64,000 nucleotides of DNA, from contig OZ024748.1 in NCBI GenBank assembly GCA_964016885.1, forward strand, positions 31,992,001-32,056,000, given 5' to 3'. The DNA comes from Eledone cirrhosa. Its lineage: Eukaryota. Below the pieces are notes generated by a model. The model saw only the letters and a program-made list of their open reading frames with translations, had not been told where the DNA came from and made no database searches. Both the position numbers and the translations under genes were made by a program. Positions 27,465-40,672 of this stretch are shown here, one piece after another (position 1 is the stretch's first letter; each line of letters begins with the position of its first letter).

Positions 27465-27725
27465 TATATATAATTGTTACACAAGATCTAATTAGATTAA
27501 TTAAAGTTATAATAAAGATAGCAGATACTCGGTGTCGTTGGAAATGATTTAATTCCCTTACCGGTGTCATACTTTGAAAGTCCCTGATATAATTTAATAC
27601 ATTCAGACACAGTTCCAATTGTATTTAATTGATGGTAAATCAAAAAGTATCACTCAGTAAAGTATCAATTACATATCTACGAAGTCTCTCACCCTGCTAG
27701 AAATAGCAGTGAAATTATCCATTAC
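27465..27725. repeat. Dispersed repeat, second copy at 47380-47655
   Basis: Shared aattagattaattaaagttataat...ctgctagaaatagcagtga. Confidence 0.75.
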
Positions 27726-27838
27726 AGACTTTTCTTTCTTTAAACTCTTACATTTAGTTTAACAATCAACAGCAGCAAGTCTTTTGTACAGACTTCAGAA
27801 TAAGCTCGAAAACCGCCAGAATTTAATTCTCCTTCTTG

Positions 27839-27877
<39 letters not shown>

Positions 27878-29423
27878 CATACATACACAGTGAAATTCTG
27901 TTATAACGAAATTCACGGGGTATAAAAATAATTCGTTGTAACGAAAAATTCTTTATAACCGAAACAAATTGTTTGTTTGTTGTTCAATTGCATTCTAGTT
28001 ATGGTGTTTCACATGGAACCTTATAGATATAACACAGAGAAGTATAGAGTCCAAGTGAAAATATAAGACAACATATAATCTAATAAGAAGGTTAAAGAAA
28101 AGAAGGAAAAACAAGTGAAATGAAAGAGAAAGTTGAAAGGAAAAGGTAGAAAAGAATCATTGAAATAATTATTCTACAAAGTGATCTGCCTCATTTAGAA
28201 AGTGTTTTCTGTGTTGGCCAACTAAAATCTTGCCTCGCTCAATTGTATCAAGTTGATTAGGTAATCCCAACTTTCCTGTAAAAAATTACTGATTTCAACA
28301 AGAACTTTTTGGCTAAAACCACTAACAATAACAAATATGTTTGTAGAAGGAGTGAAGACCTCTATGTGGTTACTTGACCTGTTGGAAATAGCAGCCAAAT
28401 TTATTTCAGGTCTCATACCTGCTTGAATTAGCAAAGGACTGTTTGGTTGGTTGCTTTAAGCCCCAGTTTAAAGCCAATCGGGAACTAACGGAGGTTAGTT
28501 CCCTAATGTAATATATATCAGGATTGAGTAATCACGTGTAACACGTGTTTCGAGAATGTATTATATTTATTTCTCAATTCTCCTCCACTGTTTTTGATAC
28601 ATCTCGAAATTCTGTCTAGGTAGTCGTCCCTGCCGGACGGGTTTTTTTTAGGGCGCTACTTGAGGTAACATAAGCAACACATAGAACCACGTGTAACTAC
28701 CCACCAAAAACAAGAAATCAATCACTGAAATATTGACTTAAATAGTCCTTACAAACCGAAGGTAACACAGCAAAGAGCCTACTTAGCCTTACCTGGAAGG
28801 AAGCTAGGAAATTCCACAATTTATTATTCATCTCAACATTATCTCCATAATTATGTGGTTGGTCCCAGTACATCTCTCAACAAGATTTCTACTGTTAACC
28901 TGGCTTCAACACACTGAAGCATTAACGCTGCAGTAACTCAACCACTCTTACAACACGTGGGTTGTATTAACAAGCAAAAGAAAAAAAAACACGGAAAGAT
29001 TAATTCAAAAACAAACAAAAAGAAAGATCTATCGCATTGCTTCTCCACATTTTTATTGGAGAAGATTCTCATCCAACATCTGCTAACACAATAAGTTAGT
29101 TTCAGAAGCCCCAAGTTCGAGCAGTGATTCGGTAATCTTGGTAAAGTTAAACCTACATAAGTAGATATAATTCAGATTAAGGGTCAGGCCTGCTTTTATG
29201 AGGAGTAGTAAGAGACAATAATATATGGAAGGAGGAGGAGTGAGAGACATAGAAAGACAAAACTGTGTTAATTCTCTCTCCCCCTCTCTTCTTTTACTCT
29301 ATCTACCTCTTATGTCTTCATTTCACTGTTTTATTGTCTTATTTCCTAATTCAACTTAATTCCATTAAATATTCAATCTTGGTCGAAATAAGTAGGAGTC
29401 ACGTTACATGATATGTATATATA

Positions 29424-29502
29424 CAGGGTGTCCCTAAAATATGTATACACATTTACATAGACTGTAGTTGGAGTGTGTATACATTTATGGAGGGAGAACC
29501 TG
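29424..29502. mobile_element. Tiny mariner-like MITE
   Basis: TA-cagggtgtccc...atgtatacac / gtgtatacat...acctg-TA imperfect TIRs. Confidence 0.6.
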
Positions 29503-29904
29503 TAGATATTTTATATATACATATATATATTAAAAGATGAGTGATATATAAATATAAACATTTATATATACACTCATATGTATGTATATATATTTATATA
29601 TATATATATACTCATATGTATGTATATATATTTATAAATATATATATATATATATATACTCATATGTATGTATATATATTTATAAATGTATATATATACT
29701 CATGTATGTATATATATTTATAAATATATATATATATATATACTCATATATATGTATATATATTTATAAATATATATATATATACTCATATGTATTCTTT
29801 TACCTGTTTCACCCATCCGGCTGAGGCCTACATATGTATATATATTTATAAATATATATATTTATATATATATATATATAATGTATAAAAATCAATACAA
29901 TATA

Positions 29905-29982
29905 ATTACCTCATTACCAGAGGTTTCCCGAATGAGGCGAATACGAAATAAACGACTTCATTCGTTCGTCAGACGAGGCAAT
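29905..29982 (-). ncRNA. Type I hammerhead ribozyme (left palindrome arm)
   Basis: auugccucgu-CUGACGA-a-cgaauga...ucauucg-g-GAAA-cc(ucu)gg-UA-augagguaau. Confidence 0.8.
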
Positions 29983-30371
29983 ATAAAACATGGGCAAATA
30001 CTTAGAAAAACACATCAAGAAAATCAAAAAAAGATATAGATAAATGAAATAGAAATTGAAATATATAAAAATCTATCAAGAAGTATAGTTAGGTGTGTGT
30101 ATATGTATGTATATACGCTCACAGATGTGCATATATGTATATGTGCACATGTAAATGTATAGTGAGAAAGTGTGCGTAATTCTAAAATTTACGCACACTT
30201 TCTCACTATACATTTACATATATGCACATCTGTGAGCGTATATACATACATATACACACACCTAACTATACTTCTTGATAGATTTTTATATATTTCAATT
30301 TCTATTTCATTTATCTATATCTTTTTTTGATTTTCTTGATGTGTTTTTCTAAGTATTTGCCCATGTTTTAT

Positions 30372-30449
30372 ATTGCCTCGTCTGATGAACGAATGAAGTC
30401 GTTTATTTCGTATTCGCCTCATTCGGGAAACCTCTGGTAATGAGGTAAT
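30372..30449 (+). ncRNA. Type I hammerhead ribozyme (right palindrome arm)
   Basis: Same fold with CUGAUGA; 10-bp stem I; A-G mismatch at the base of stem II. Confidence 0.8.
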
Positions 30450-30549
30450 TATATTGTATTGATTTTTATACATTAAATTTTGCTCTGATACTTACATAGA
30501 GCACTCTTCATTTCTATGACCTTTTCTGTTTCCAACGGAAATTTCAATA

Positions 30550-30616
<67 letters not shown>

Positions 30617-31058
30617 TCATATATATATATATACACTCATTATATATATATACAGGCATATGTATGTGCATATATATATACAAAGATATATATACTCTGA
30701 CGTGTATACATCTGAAAATGTATATATGTGTGGAAACGTATACTTAAACATACATGTATACATATAAATGGACAGTTATACATATACTTATTTCTATACA
30801 TACATATACCACAAGTAACGCATGGTGCTGCCAACTAACCAGACCTCCCTCATAATGGACCAGTTAGATTCCAAATTACAGGACTGCTAGCCACCACACA
30901 GTCCCAATAAGTGTAAGTTACGGCGCAGCTATCTGGACAAACTTGTCTTAAGACTACTCATTATCCCACTACATATTTTGTGTACTATATATATATACTG
31001 TATATATACTGTTTATATATATATATATATATATATACTGTTTATATATATATATACT

Positions 31059-31092
<34 letters not shown>

Positions 31093-31094
31093 CG

Positions 31095-31370
31095 TTTCTG
31101 AAAACGTGTGTTGAAACCGATATTTTTATGCTTTGGGAGGGTCATGTTGCCAATAAGAAACACACGCAGCAGTTGTTTCACTCCAATTTATTATAAATTA
31201 AATTTATAAATTTAAGAATTTATAAATTTACGGTTGGTTGGTTGACTCCATAACCGGACGGTTATTCATATATTGTCAAAGTTCTTTCGTCACACATTCT
31301 GTGACCTCTTCAGTGACTGGGATTCTTTTCTTTGTTTTGTGCCTCTCCTTTGTTCTGTCCCACGCCATCT
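31095..31370 (-). mobile_element. Solo PLE pLTR copy with hammerhead (31275-31317)
   Basis: Matches 433-690; between (TA)n tracts. Confidence 0.8.
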
Positions 31371-31386
31371 CTATATATATAAACAG

Positions 31387-31418
<32 letters not shown>

Positions 31419-31484
31419 ATATATATATATATAAAAACAGTATATATATATATATATAAATATATATATATAAACAGTATATAT

Positions 31485-31553
<69 letters not shown>

Positions 31554-31568
31554 AATATATATAAATAT

Positions 31569-31623
<55 letters not shown>

Positions 31624-31676
31624 TATATATATAAACAGTATATATATATATATATATAAATATATATATATAAACA

Positions 31677-31721
<45 letters not shown>

Positions 31722-31806
31722 TATATATATATAAGCAGTATATATATAAAGAGTATATATATATATATATAAATGTATAAGCAGTATATATATCAATATA
31801 TAAACA

Positions 31807-31860
<54 letters not shown>

Positions 31861-31892
31861 AGTATATATATATATATATATATATATAAACA

Positions 31893-31928
<36 letters not shown>

Positions 31929-31929
31929 A

Positions 31930-31965
<36 letters not shown>

Positions 31966-31990
31966 AGTATATATATATATATATATATAT
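31371..31990. repeat. (TA)n with AAACAG interruptions
   Basis: Direct reading. Confidence 0.95.
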
Positions 31991-32179
31991 AGATAATTTA
32001 ATATATCAACTAACATAAGCGCACAGATGCACGCCCATGCCAGCAAATACACAGGTTATGTCATAGTACCTAGGTGGTTCAATGCAGGAGAATGCAGAAC
32101 AATAATATAAAGGACGTAAAATAAGAAAATATTTTTTTAAAAAAAATTTTAAAAAAATTTTTTACTTACTTAAATTTTC

Positions 32180-32261
32180 ACTCCAACTAATTAGTTTCTG
32201 CAATGGGATAAAGACAGTTACGTAATCCAACTGTCGAGAATTCATTGCGTCATCAGGGAGT
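32180..32261 (-). ncRNA. Type I hammerhead ribozyme (unit 1)
   Basis: acucc-CUGAUGA-c-gcaaug..gacaguu/aacuguc..cauugc-a-GAAA-cuaauuag-UU-ggagu. Confidence 0.8.
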
Positions 32262-32728
32262 CTATTCTCAGTTAAGTCTCCAGGCAATGCGCGGACACTG
32301 GCGGCTCATATAAAAATAATAATAATTCGGTAGATCGAACAGCTTGCGAGGACTGTACCGAAATTCTCACTGCTTCAAGTCAAATGGCCGATTCTAAAGA
32401 ATCAATCACGTGACACAGAGGCTAGTTAGAAGGAATGGGATGGTAAGATGACTGACGCCTACTAACACCCCAAAAAAAATTTTTTTAGAAGTGCTTTTGA
32501 CAAGTTTGCTCGACAAATCAGTGATTTGGAGATAAATATAGATAATTTAATATATCAACTAACATAAGCGCACAGATGCACGCCCATGCCAGCAAATACA
32601 CAGGTTATGTCATAGTACCTAGGTGGTTCAATGCAGGAGAATGCAGAACAATAATATAAAGGACGTAAAATAAGAAAATATTTTTTTTTTAAAAATTTTA
32701 AAAAAATTTTTTACTTACTTAAATTTTC

Positions 32729-32810
32729 ACTCCAACTAATTAGTTTCTGCAATGGGATAAAGACAGTTACGTAATCCAACTGTCGAGAATTCATTGCGTC
32801 ATCAGGGAGT
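32729..32810 (-). ncRNA. Type I hammerhead ribozyme (unit 2)
   Basis: Identical to unit 1. Confidence 0.8.
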
Positions 32811-33286
32811 CTATTCTCAGTTAAGTCTCCAGGCAATGCGCGGACACTGGCGGCTCATATAAAAATAATAATAATTCGGTAGATCGAACAGCTTGCGAGG
32901 ACTGGATTCTATGTACCGAAATTCTCACTGCTTCAAGTCAAATGGCCGATTCTAAAGAATCAATCACGTGACACAGAGGCTAGTTAGAAGGAATGGGATG
33001 GTAAGATGACTGACGCCTACTAACACCCCAAAAAAAATTTTTTTAGAAGTGCTTTTGACAAGTTTGCTCGACAAATCAGTGATTTGGAGATAAATATAGA
33101 TAATTTAATATATCAACTAACATAAGCGCACAGATGCACGCCCATGCCAGCAAATACACAGGTTATGTCATAGTACCTAGGTGGTTCAATGCAGGAGAAT
33201 GCAGAACAATAATATAAAGGACGTAAAATAAGAAAATATTTTTTTAAAAAAAATTTTAAAAAAATTTTTTACTTACTTAAATTTTC

Positions 33287-33368
33287 ACTCCAACTAATTA
33301 GTTTCTGCAATGGGATAAAGACAGTTACGTAATCCAACTGTCGAGAATTCATTGCGTCATCAGGGAGT
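33287..33368 (-). ncRNA. Type I hammerhead ribozyme (unit 3)
   Basis: Identical to unit 1. Confidence 0.8.
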
Positions 33369-33672
33369 CTATTCTCAGTTAAGTCTCCAGGCAATGCGCG
33401 GACACTGGCGGCTCATATAAAAATAATAATAATTCGGTAGATCGAACAGCTTGCGAGGACTGGATTCTATGTACCGAAATTCTCACTGCTTCAAGTCAAA
33501 TGGCCGATTCTAAAGAATCAATCACGTGACACAGAGGCTAGTTAGAAGGAATGGGATGGTAAGATGACTGACGCCTACTAACACCCCAAAAAAAATTTTT
33601 TTAGAAGTGCTTTTGACAAGTTTGCTCGACAAATCAGTGATTTGGAGATAAATATAGATAATTTAATATATC

Positions 33673-33787
<115 letters not shown>

Positions 33788-33879
33788 CAAATTCATAAAC
33801 GAAATAAATATATATATATATATATATATATAAATAGTATATATATATATATATAAACAATATGTATATATATATATAT

Positions 33880-34495
33880 AAGTGAGAAATTAGGAATAAC
33901 AGAGTTCAGATGCTGTTTACTTGAGGGAAGACTACGTTGGTATGGTCACGTAGGTAGACCAGAAAAACCTGGGATGATCTGATAAATTCCGACCTTACAC
34001 ACTTGCACCTCTCTAAGACAATGTCAGTGGACCGAGATCTTTGGCGCTACGCAGTAATATAGAAGGCCCGCCTTGCCTATGTACAAAGCGAAACCTACAG
34101 TCAGTAGGCTCCTCTTAACCAAATATACACCCCAATCCTCTACCCGTACCCTATCCTCCCACTCCCACCAACACCACCCTCTCTCTGTAAAGTTGGTACC
34201 ACAACATCCAGTCCAAATAAATGAGATAAATGAGATCGAGATCGTATAGGTGTCACGAGAAAAAACACACAGTCCACGCTGTAATGTGGTCGTGTAGCTA
34301 ACACGTTAAAAAGTTCCCAGTTCCACACTGTAAATGTGGTTGGTGTTAGGAAGGGCATCCAGCCATAGAAAACCTGCCAGTCCTATATGAGCGAGACGCG
34401 TTCACCCGACCAACCTTGCCTTAAGTGGGACAACTCCCGTCTAACCCATGCTAGCGTGCAAAATGCACGTTAAGCGAAGATGATGATGATGATAA
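33880..34495 (+). mobile_element. RTE LINE 3' end
   Basis: RLRWYGHV/GRPRKTW remnants, 3' UTR shared with 58700-59110, (GAT)n tail. Confidence 0.88.
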
Positions 34496-34626
34496 ATATA
34501 TATATATATATATCTTTAGACAGTTTAGACGACTAATTATCATGTGTTGTTTATTACATAACTATATATATATAAACAGTATATATATATATATATATAT
34601 ACATATATATAAACAGTATATATATA

Positions 34627-34673
<47 letters not shown>

Positions 34674-34742
34674 CAGTATATATATATAAACTGTATATAT
34701 ATCTATATATATAAACTATATATATATATAGAGATATATATA

Positions 34743-37630
34743 TTTAGCAGGATGGTTAGTCGTGGTCGCCACTTTAACAGGGTAGTTGAATGAAGGTCGT
34801 TAGTTGACAGTGTGGTGTGTAGCTGTGGCCAGTGGTCACAGTGTGGTAAAGTGATAGTATCCTCGTTGGATTATCTTGTCGATATAGACGTGAGGGAAGG
34901 TCCCTCGATCTATTTATCATCTTAGTATTTACAATATTCCTTTCGTCAGGTCGCCAATTCCAGCAGCATGGATTATAGATGTTATTGAGACACGAGTAAC
35001 ATAATAATGATTTCAACATCAGAAATTAGAGATGAAATGTATGTTTATTTTTGATGTGGCACAAACAATGTTTGTTAACTTATATGGTTGAAGTTACAGA
35101 TAAAAAGAGCTTACAAAAGGGAATGTGCCATTGCGTCGGAAAGCCGGCGAGGCTAGGGTGCAATATCTCACCGTTACATTATGCGTGTTGCTGGCTCGAA
35201 GTTCCTGGTATAAGAGGGGGATTCTTCAAATCTTCGCGGGGAATTTCTTCCTCGGGCGCGAAGGGATATATCCTCCTCTCCTGGCGCTGATTGGCTGAGC
35301 TGAGCCAAATCACGCACAGAGAATGTATATGAGTCAGCGGAATGTAGGTCACTACATCACCTCCGAGCAGATTTTCAGCCGAAAATCGTTAACGAAGAAA
35401 TCGAGGACCCACAGATTATTGAATCAGCAAGAAGAAATGCTGAAAGTACATCAGTGAAAAAATAATTGAGCAGAAAGATTCATGCAAGAACAAAAAAAAT
35501 TAGGCGCGACGGGCCGTGTTGAGCCGCTGTCAAATGACTAGCTGTTTTGTAGTTTAAACGAGACCCTCAAGGGTCTACCAGAAAACAGATAAAGTCTGAC
35601 ATGGGCGAAGTTGCTGTTCTTGCATTAAATGTTAATGGTAAGCGTTGTACCAGTAGCTGTGAACGAAGCTATTATAGTAGTTTACCAGTGCTGGCGAGAA
35701 GATGATGGGTAGGCGAGAAAATGTTGGCTTCCCAGATGTATTGCCGAATGTGCTAGGGAGCCAGGAAAAAATGGCTGGTTGCTTTGAAAAGAAAAAAAGC
35801 AAGTTTAATCTGTAGGTGGGTTGCAGTGTAAATTCCATAATTCGGGCGAATCCACAGAAGTGGTGGAAATGCTGACAAGTCCAGTTCAATTTGCTATCTT
35901 CCCAGCGAGTCGGGCAAAAACAGCAAGACGAAGGCTGTCATGGACGATCAGTGTGCAACGAGATGCAAAACTGTTTGAGTTCAGCTGCAATTAGTATTCT
36001 CGTGTTGCGGTGCCAGTTTGAATCCAGTGGATTAAGCTCTATGAGCTGCTAGCATGTGACAGCACCTCAACCAGGTGAAAAGGGACTCGCAGAATATTAC
36101 GTTTGAAGAACATATATCAAGAACAACATGTTGGTGTGTGACAAAAAAAATGTGTGCATATGCAGGTATGTAAAACAGCAAAGAATGTGAATGAACAAAA
36201 ACCATGAGCAAGCAAATGGCAAAAGAGCACAAAACAAGTAAATCCATCCAACAAAGAAATATGTGAATGTAACAAACTAATAATTCAAAGTCAATCTAAG
36301 GGAGCAGAGAAATTGCTCAATAAGTTCAGTTTTTCAAAGTCAAATAGTTCACACATCACCAGTGTACAGACACTAGTTCTATCTGAAAACTGAAAAAGAA
36401 GTTTGTTAATGCCGTTAGGGGTTAGATGTATGGTGTTTTTGTGAGTTTTCGTGGCCATTTTACCGTCCTGCCACCTTGTGTGACATAAGGTTGTGTTGCT
36501 TATTGTTAAAGCAAAGTCAATGAATCTTCTGTAGAGTAGCAGTCAAGCGTTGAAGAACCCAGAGTCCAATATGGCAGCCACGTCTGACGCCACAATGGTG
36601 AGAAAACTACTGTCTCAATTTCTCGAGTCCCTGTGGTAACGAGACAGAAGGTATGGTGGTTGTGTCGGTAAAGTTACAAGCCGTTTTGAAATTTCCGATG
36701 TGTGGTGGTTTGCGTCGGTAAGGCTATGAAGCTGCGATCTCACCACTCCCTGTCGTTGGTCAGTGGTTAAACAATGTTGTCGCTGCTGCTGCTGCTGCTG
36801 CTGTCGTCGTTGTTGATTGTAGACAGGACCTGTCGGTAGCCATTTTGAAATTCCCTCGTGGCGAAAAGTTTTTGAAATACTGCTAATTTTTCAAAAAAAA
36901 CTTTGAAAGGAATATATTGTATCTTCGCAAGTTGCGAAAAGGCCGGCAACGTGGCAATAAAAGTTCAACTGAATGAAAAAGAAGGGCTGCGTCAAATTCT
37001 TACGTCGGTCAACACTTTAGCAGGATGGTTAGTCGTGGTCGCCACTTTAACAGGGTAGTTGAATGAAGGTCGTTAGTTGACAGTGTGGTGTGTAGCTGTG
37101 GCCAGTGGTCACAGTGTGGTAAAGTGATAGTATCCTCGTTGGATTATCTTGTCGATATAGACGTGAGGGAAGGTCCCTCGATCTATTTACCACCTTAGTA
37201 TTTAGAATATTCCTTTCGTCAAGTCGCCAATTCCAGCAGCATGGATTATAGATGTTATTGAGACACGAGTAACATAATAATGATTTCAACAGCAGAAATT
37301 AGAGATGAAATGTATGTTTATTTTTGATGTAGCACAAACAATGTTTGTTAACTTATATGGTTGAAGTTACAGATAAAAAGAGCTTACAAAAGGGAATGTG
37401 CCATTGCGCAGAAAAGCCGGCGAGGCTAGGGTACAATATCTCACCGTTACATTATGCGTGTTGCTGGCTCGAAGTTCCTGGTATAAAAGGGGGATTCTTC
37501 AAATCTTCGCGGGGAATTTCTTCCTCAGGGCGCGTAGGGATATATCCTCCTCTCCTGGCGCTAATTGGCTGAGCTGAGCCAAATCACGCACAGAGAATGT
37601 ATGTGAGTCCGCGGAATGTAGGTCACTACA
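34743..37630 (-). mobile_element. Non-autonomous LTR retroelement (LTRs 34743-35356 and 37016-37630)
   Basis: ~614-bp near-identical direct repeats starting TGTAG on the minus strand; purine-rich ggaggtga before the 3' LTR; degenerate tRNA-Trp-like PBS gtgttgaccgacgt; no gag/pol ORF recognised. Confidence 0.85.
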
Positions 37631-38296
37631 TATATATATCTATATATATATATATCTTGTATTATTTTTTATGCTTGTTAAATTATGCCCAAATTACGGG
37701 GATCTTATATAAACCATGACCTTAATTCTGTCGTATTTTTCAAAACAAATCTTCTTATATATTTTATATATATTTTGTTATGCCCCAAATACGAGGACTT
37801 TATTTAAACTCTTAACCTCTGATCCCTGATATCTTCACCGCCCCCCCCCCCCCACCTCTGTCGTGGTGGCTCGCCCCCAATCCCTTCCTCTCTCTCCAAA
37901 TATAAAATAAATCCTTTGCAAGTACGAAACCTCAGAAAACGCCAACACTATTCAGGTTAGGCTGCTATGACGGTGTAATGTAACGTACAAATATTTCTTC
38001 ACTCTTCTCACCATTTTAATTCCCTAGTCCATTCATCAATCTGTATCATTTCTCCCAAAATCCAATCTTTGCTTTTCTATTCGATAATTCTAGCGTATTT
38101 TTCAAAACAAATTTGTATTATTTTTTATGCTTGTTAAATTATGCCCAAAATACGGGGATCTTATTTAAATATTAACCTTAATTCTATCGTATTTTTCAAA
38201 ACAAAACTTCTTATATATTTTATATATATATTGTTATGCTTGTTAAATCATGCCCCAAATACGAGGACTTTATTTAAACTCTTAACCTCTGCTCCT

Positions 38297-38694
38297 ATGT
38301 CCGGAAATCCATTGATGAACGCCAACCGCACCGTGCGTTCGCATTCCGCCTGGTAACCGGCCAACATAGCCAACCGCCTTATTTCCGCTGCGAAAATGTC
38401 GACGCGCTCACCATTCCACCTGATTCTTGCCAGCTTAGTAAAAGCCGCCAACCGTCCCTCGGCGAATGCATCCATCAGACGCCTCTCAATCTTCTGCACA
38501 TCTCTTTGGCTGTGCTCGTCCAACTCAAGGAAGAGTACCAGCGCGTCGCCCTCGAGGTACAATGCCATGAGGCCGGCCACGACCTCTATCTTCTGCAAGC
38601 TTGCGACGAGCCGAACCTGCCGCAGCCAAGTGACAACATCACCTTCCCCGGTGAATGCCCTGATAGCTTCGTTCATCCGTAGTCTTGTCGCCAT
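38297..38694 (-). pseudogene. Ty3/Gypsy-type gag N-terminal fragment inside satellite
   Basis: F.GEGDV..WL...LYLEGDA...L..AF...GERVD.FAAEIRRLA...FINGFP pattern typical of Gypsy gag. Confidence 0.7.
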
Positions 38695-40219
38695 CTTCTG
38701 ATTTGTCTTGCGGCAAGTGTTTTTTTTTTTGTTTTGTTTTTTTTTCAGTCGCCGAAATAGCTTGTGGTTAGAAAAAGCTATCTCACTTACCGCTTTTCAC
38801 AGGCGCCGCTAAATTCCACTGCAGGTACTCCTCTTCCACGTGCGTCCAACTGCTTAACACCGGGAGCTGCCCAAAACTCGCGTCCACACCGTGTACTGGT
38901 CACCACTAGAGAGAGGCTCTCTCCTGGCCCTTCCGGTCGAGCATCCTTCCGGCCAAAGACCCCTTCCAGTCGAGCACTCCCCCACACCCTTCCGGTCGAG
39001 CACTCCCCCGCCTCCGGCCACCGAACGCCACACCATACCCACACTATCTTCACCCCCCACCCCCTCTATATCATGCTGGTTCGCCCCCAATCCCTTCCTC
39101 CCTCTCCAAATATAAAATAACTCCTTTGCAAGTACGAAACCTCAGAAAACGCCAACCCAATCTTTGCTTTTCTATTCGATAATTCTAGCGTATTTTTCAA
39201 AACAAATCTTGTATTATGTTTTATGCTTGTTAAATTATGCCCAAAATACGGGGATCTTATTTAAACATTAACCTTAATTCTGACGTATTTTTCAAAACAA
39301 ATCTTCGTATATATTTTATATATATTTTGTTATGCTTGTTAAATTATGCCCAAAATACGAGGACTTTATTTAAACACTTAACCTCTGCTCCCTCCTATCT
39401 TCACCATCCCCCCTCTCTATATCATGCTGGTTCGCCCCCAATCCCTTCCTCTCTCTCCAAATATAAAATAAATCCTTTGCAAGTACTAAACCTCAGAAAA
39501 CGCCAACACTATTCAGGCTAGGCTGCTAACACGGTGTAATGTAAGGTACAAATATTTCTTCACTCTTCTCACCATTTTAATTCCCTAGTCCATTCATCAA
39601 TCTGTATCATTTCTCCCAGAATCCAATTTTGCTTTACTATTCGATAATTCTAGCGTATTTTTCAAAACAAATCTTGGATTATTTTTTATGCTTGTTAACT
39701 TATGCCCAAAATACGGGGATCTTATTTAAACCTTAAACTTAATTCTCTCCTATTTTTCAAAACAAATCTTCTTATATATTTTATATATATTTTGTTATCC
39801 TTGTTACCCAAATACGAGGACTTTATTTAAACTCTTAACTTCTGCACCTTCCTAACTTCACCCCCCTCTATATCATGCTGGTTCGCCCCCAATCCCTTCC
39901 TTTCTCTCCAAATATAAAATAAATCCTTTGCAGGTACAAAACCTCAGAAAACGCCAACCCAATCTTTGCTTTTCTATTCGATAATTCTAGCGTATTTTTC
40001 AAAACAAATTTGTATTATTTTTTATGCTTGTTAAATTATGCCCAAAATACGGGGATCTTATTTAAACATTAACCTTAATTCTGTCGTATTTTTCAAAACA
40101 AAATTCTTATATATTTTATATATATGTTGTTATCCTTGTTAAATAATGCCCCAAATACGAGGCCTTTATTTAAACTCTTAACCTATGCTCCTATGTATCT
40201 GTGGTTAGAAAAAGCTATC

Positions 40220-40672
40220 TCACTTACCGCTTTTCACAGGCGCCGCTAAATTCCACTGCAGTTTCACCGCTATGTCGTCCGGAAATCCATTGATGAACGC
40301 CAACCGCACCGTGCGTTCGCATTCCGCCTCGTAACCGGCCAACATAGCCAACCGCCTTATTTCCGCTGCGAAAATGTCGACGCGCTCACCATTCCACCTG
40401 ATTCTCACCAGCTTAGCAAAAGCCGCCAACGGTCCCTCGGCGAATGTATCCATCAGACGCCTCTCAATCTTCTGCACATCTCTTTGGCTGTGCTCGTCCA
40501 ACTCAAGGAAGAGTACCAGCGCGTCGCCCTCGAGGTACAATGCCATGAGGCCGGCCACGTCCTCTATCTTCTGCAAGCTTGCGACGAGCCGAACCTGCCG
40601 CAGCCAAGCGACAACATCACCTTCCCCGGTGAATGCCCTGATAGCTTCGTTCATCCGTAGTCTTGTCGCCAT
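40220..40672 (-). pseudogene. Second copy of Ty3/Gypsy gag fragment
   Basis: Nearly identical to 38297-38694. Confidence 0.7.

Larger units (their letters stand above)
29880..30474. repeat. ~595-bp near-perfect palindrome (arms ~295 bp, spacer ~9 bp)
   Basis: Arms are reverse complements apart from a ~10-nt indel and a few substitutions. Confidence 0.95.
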
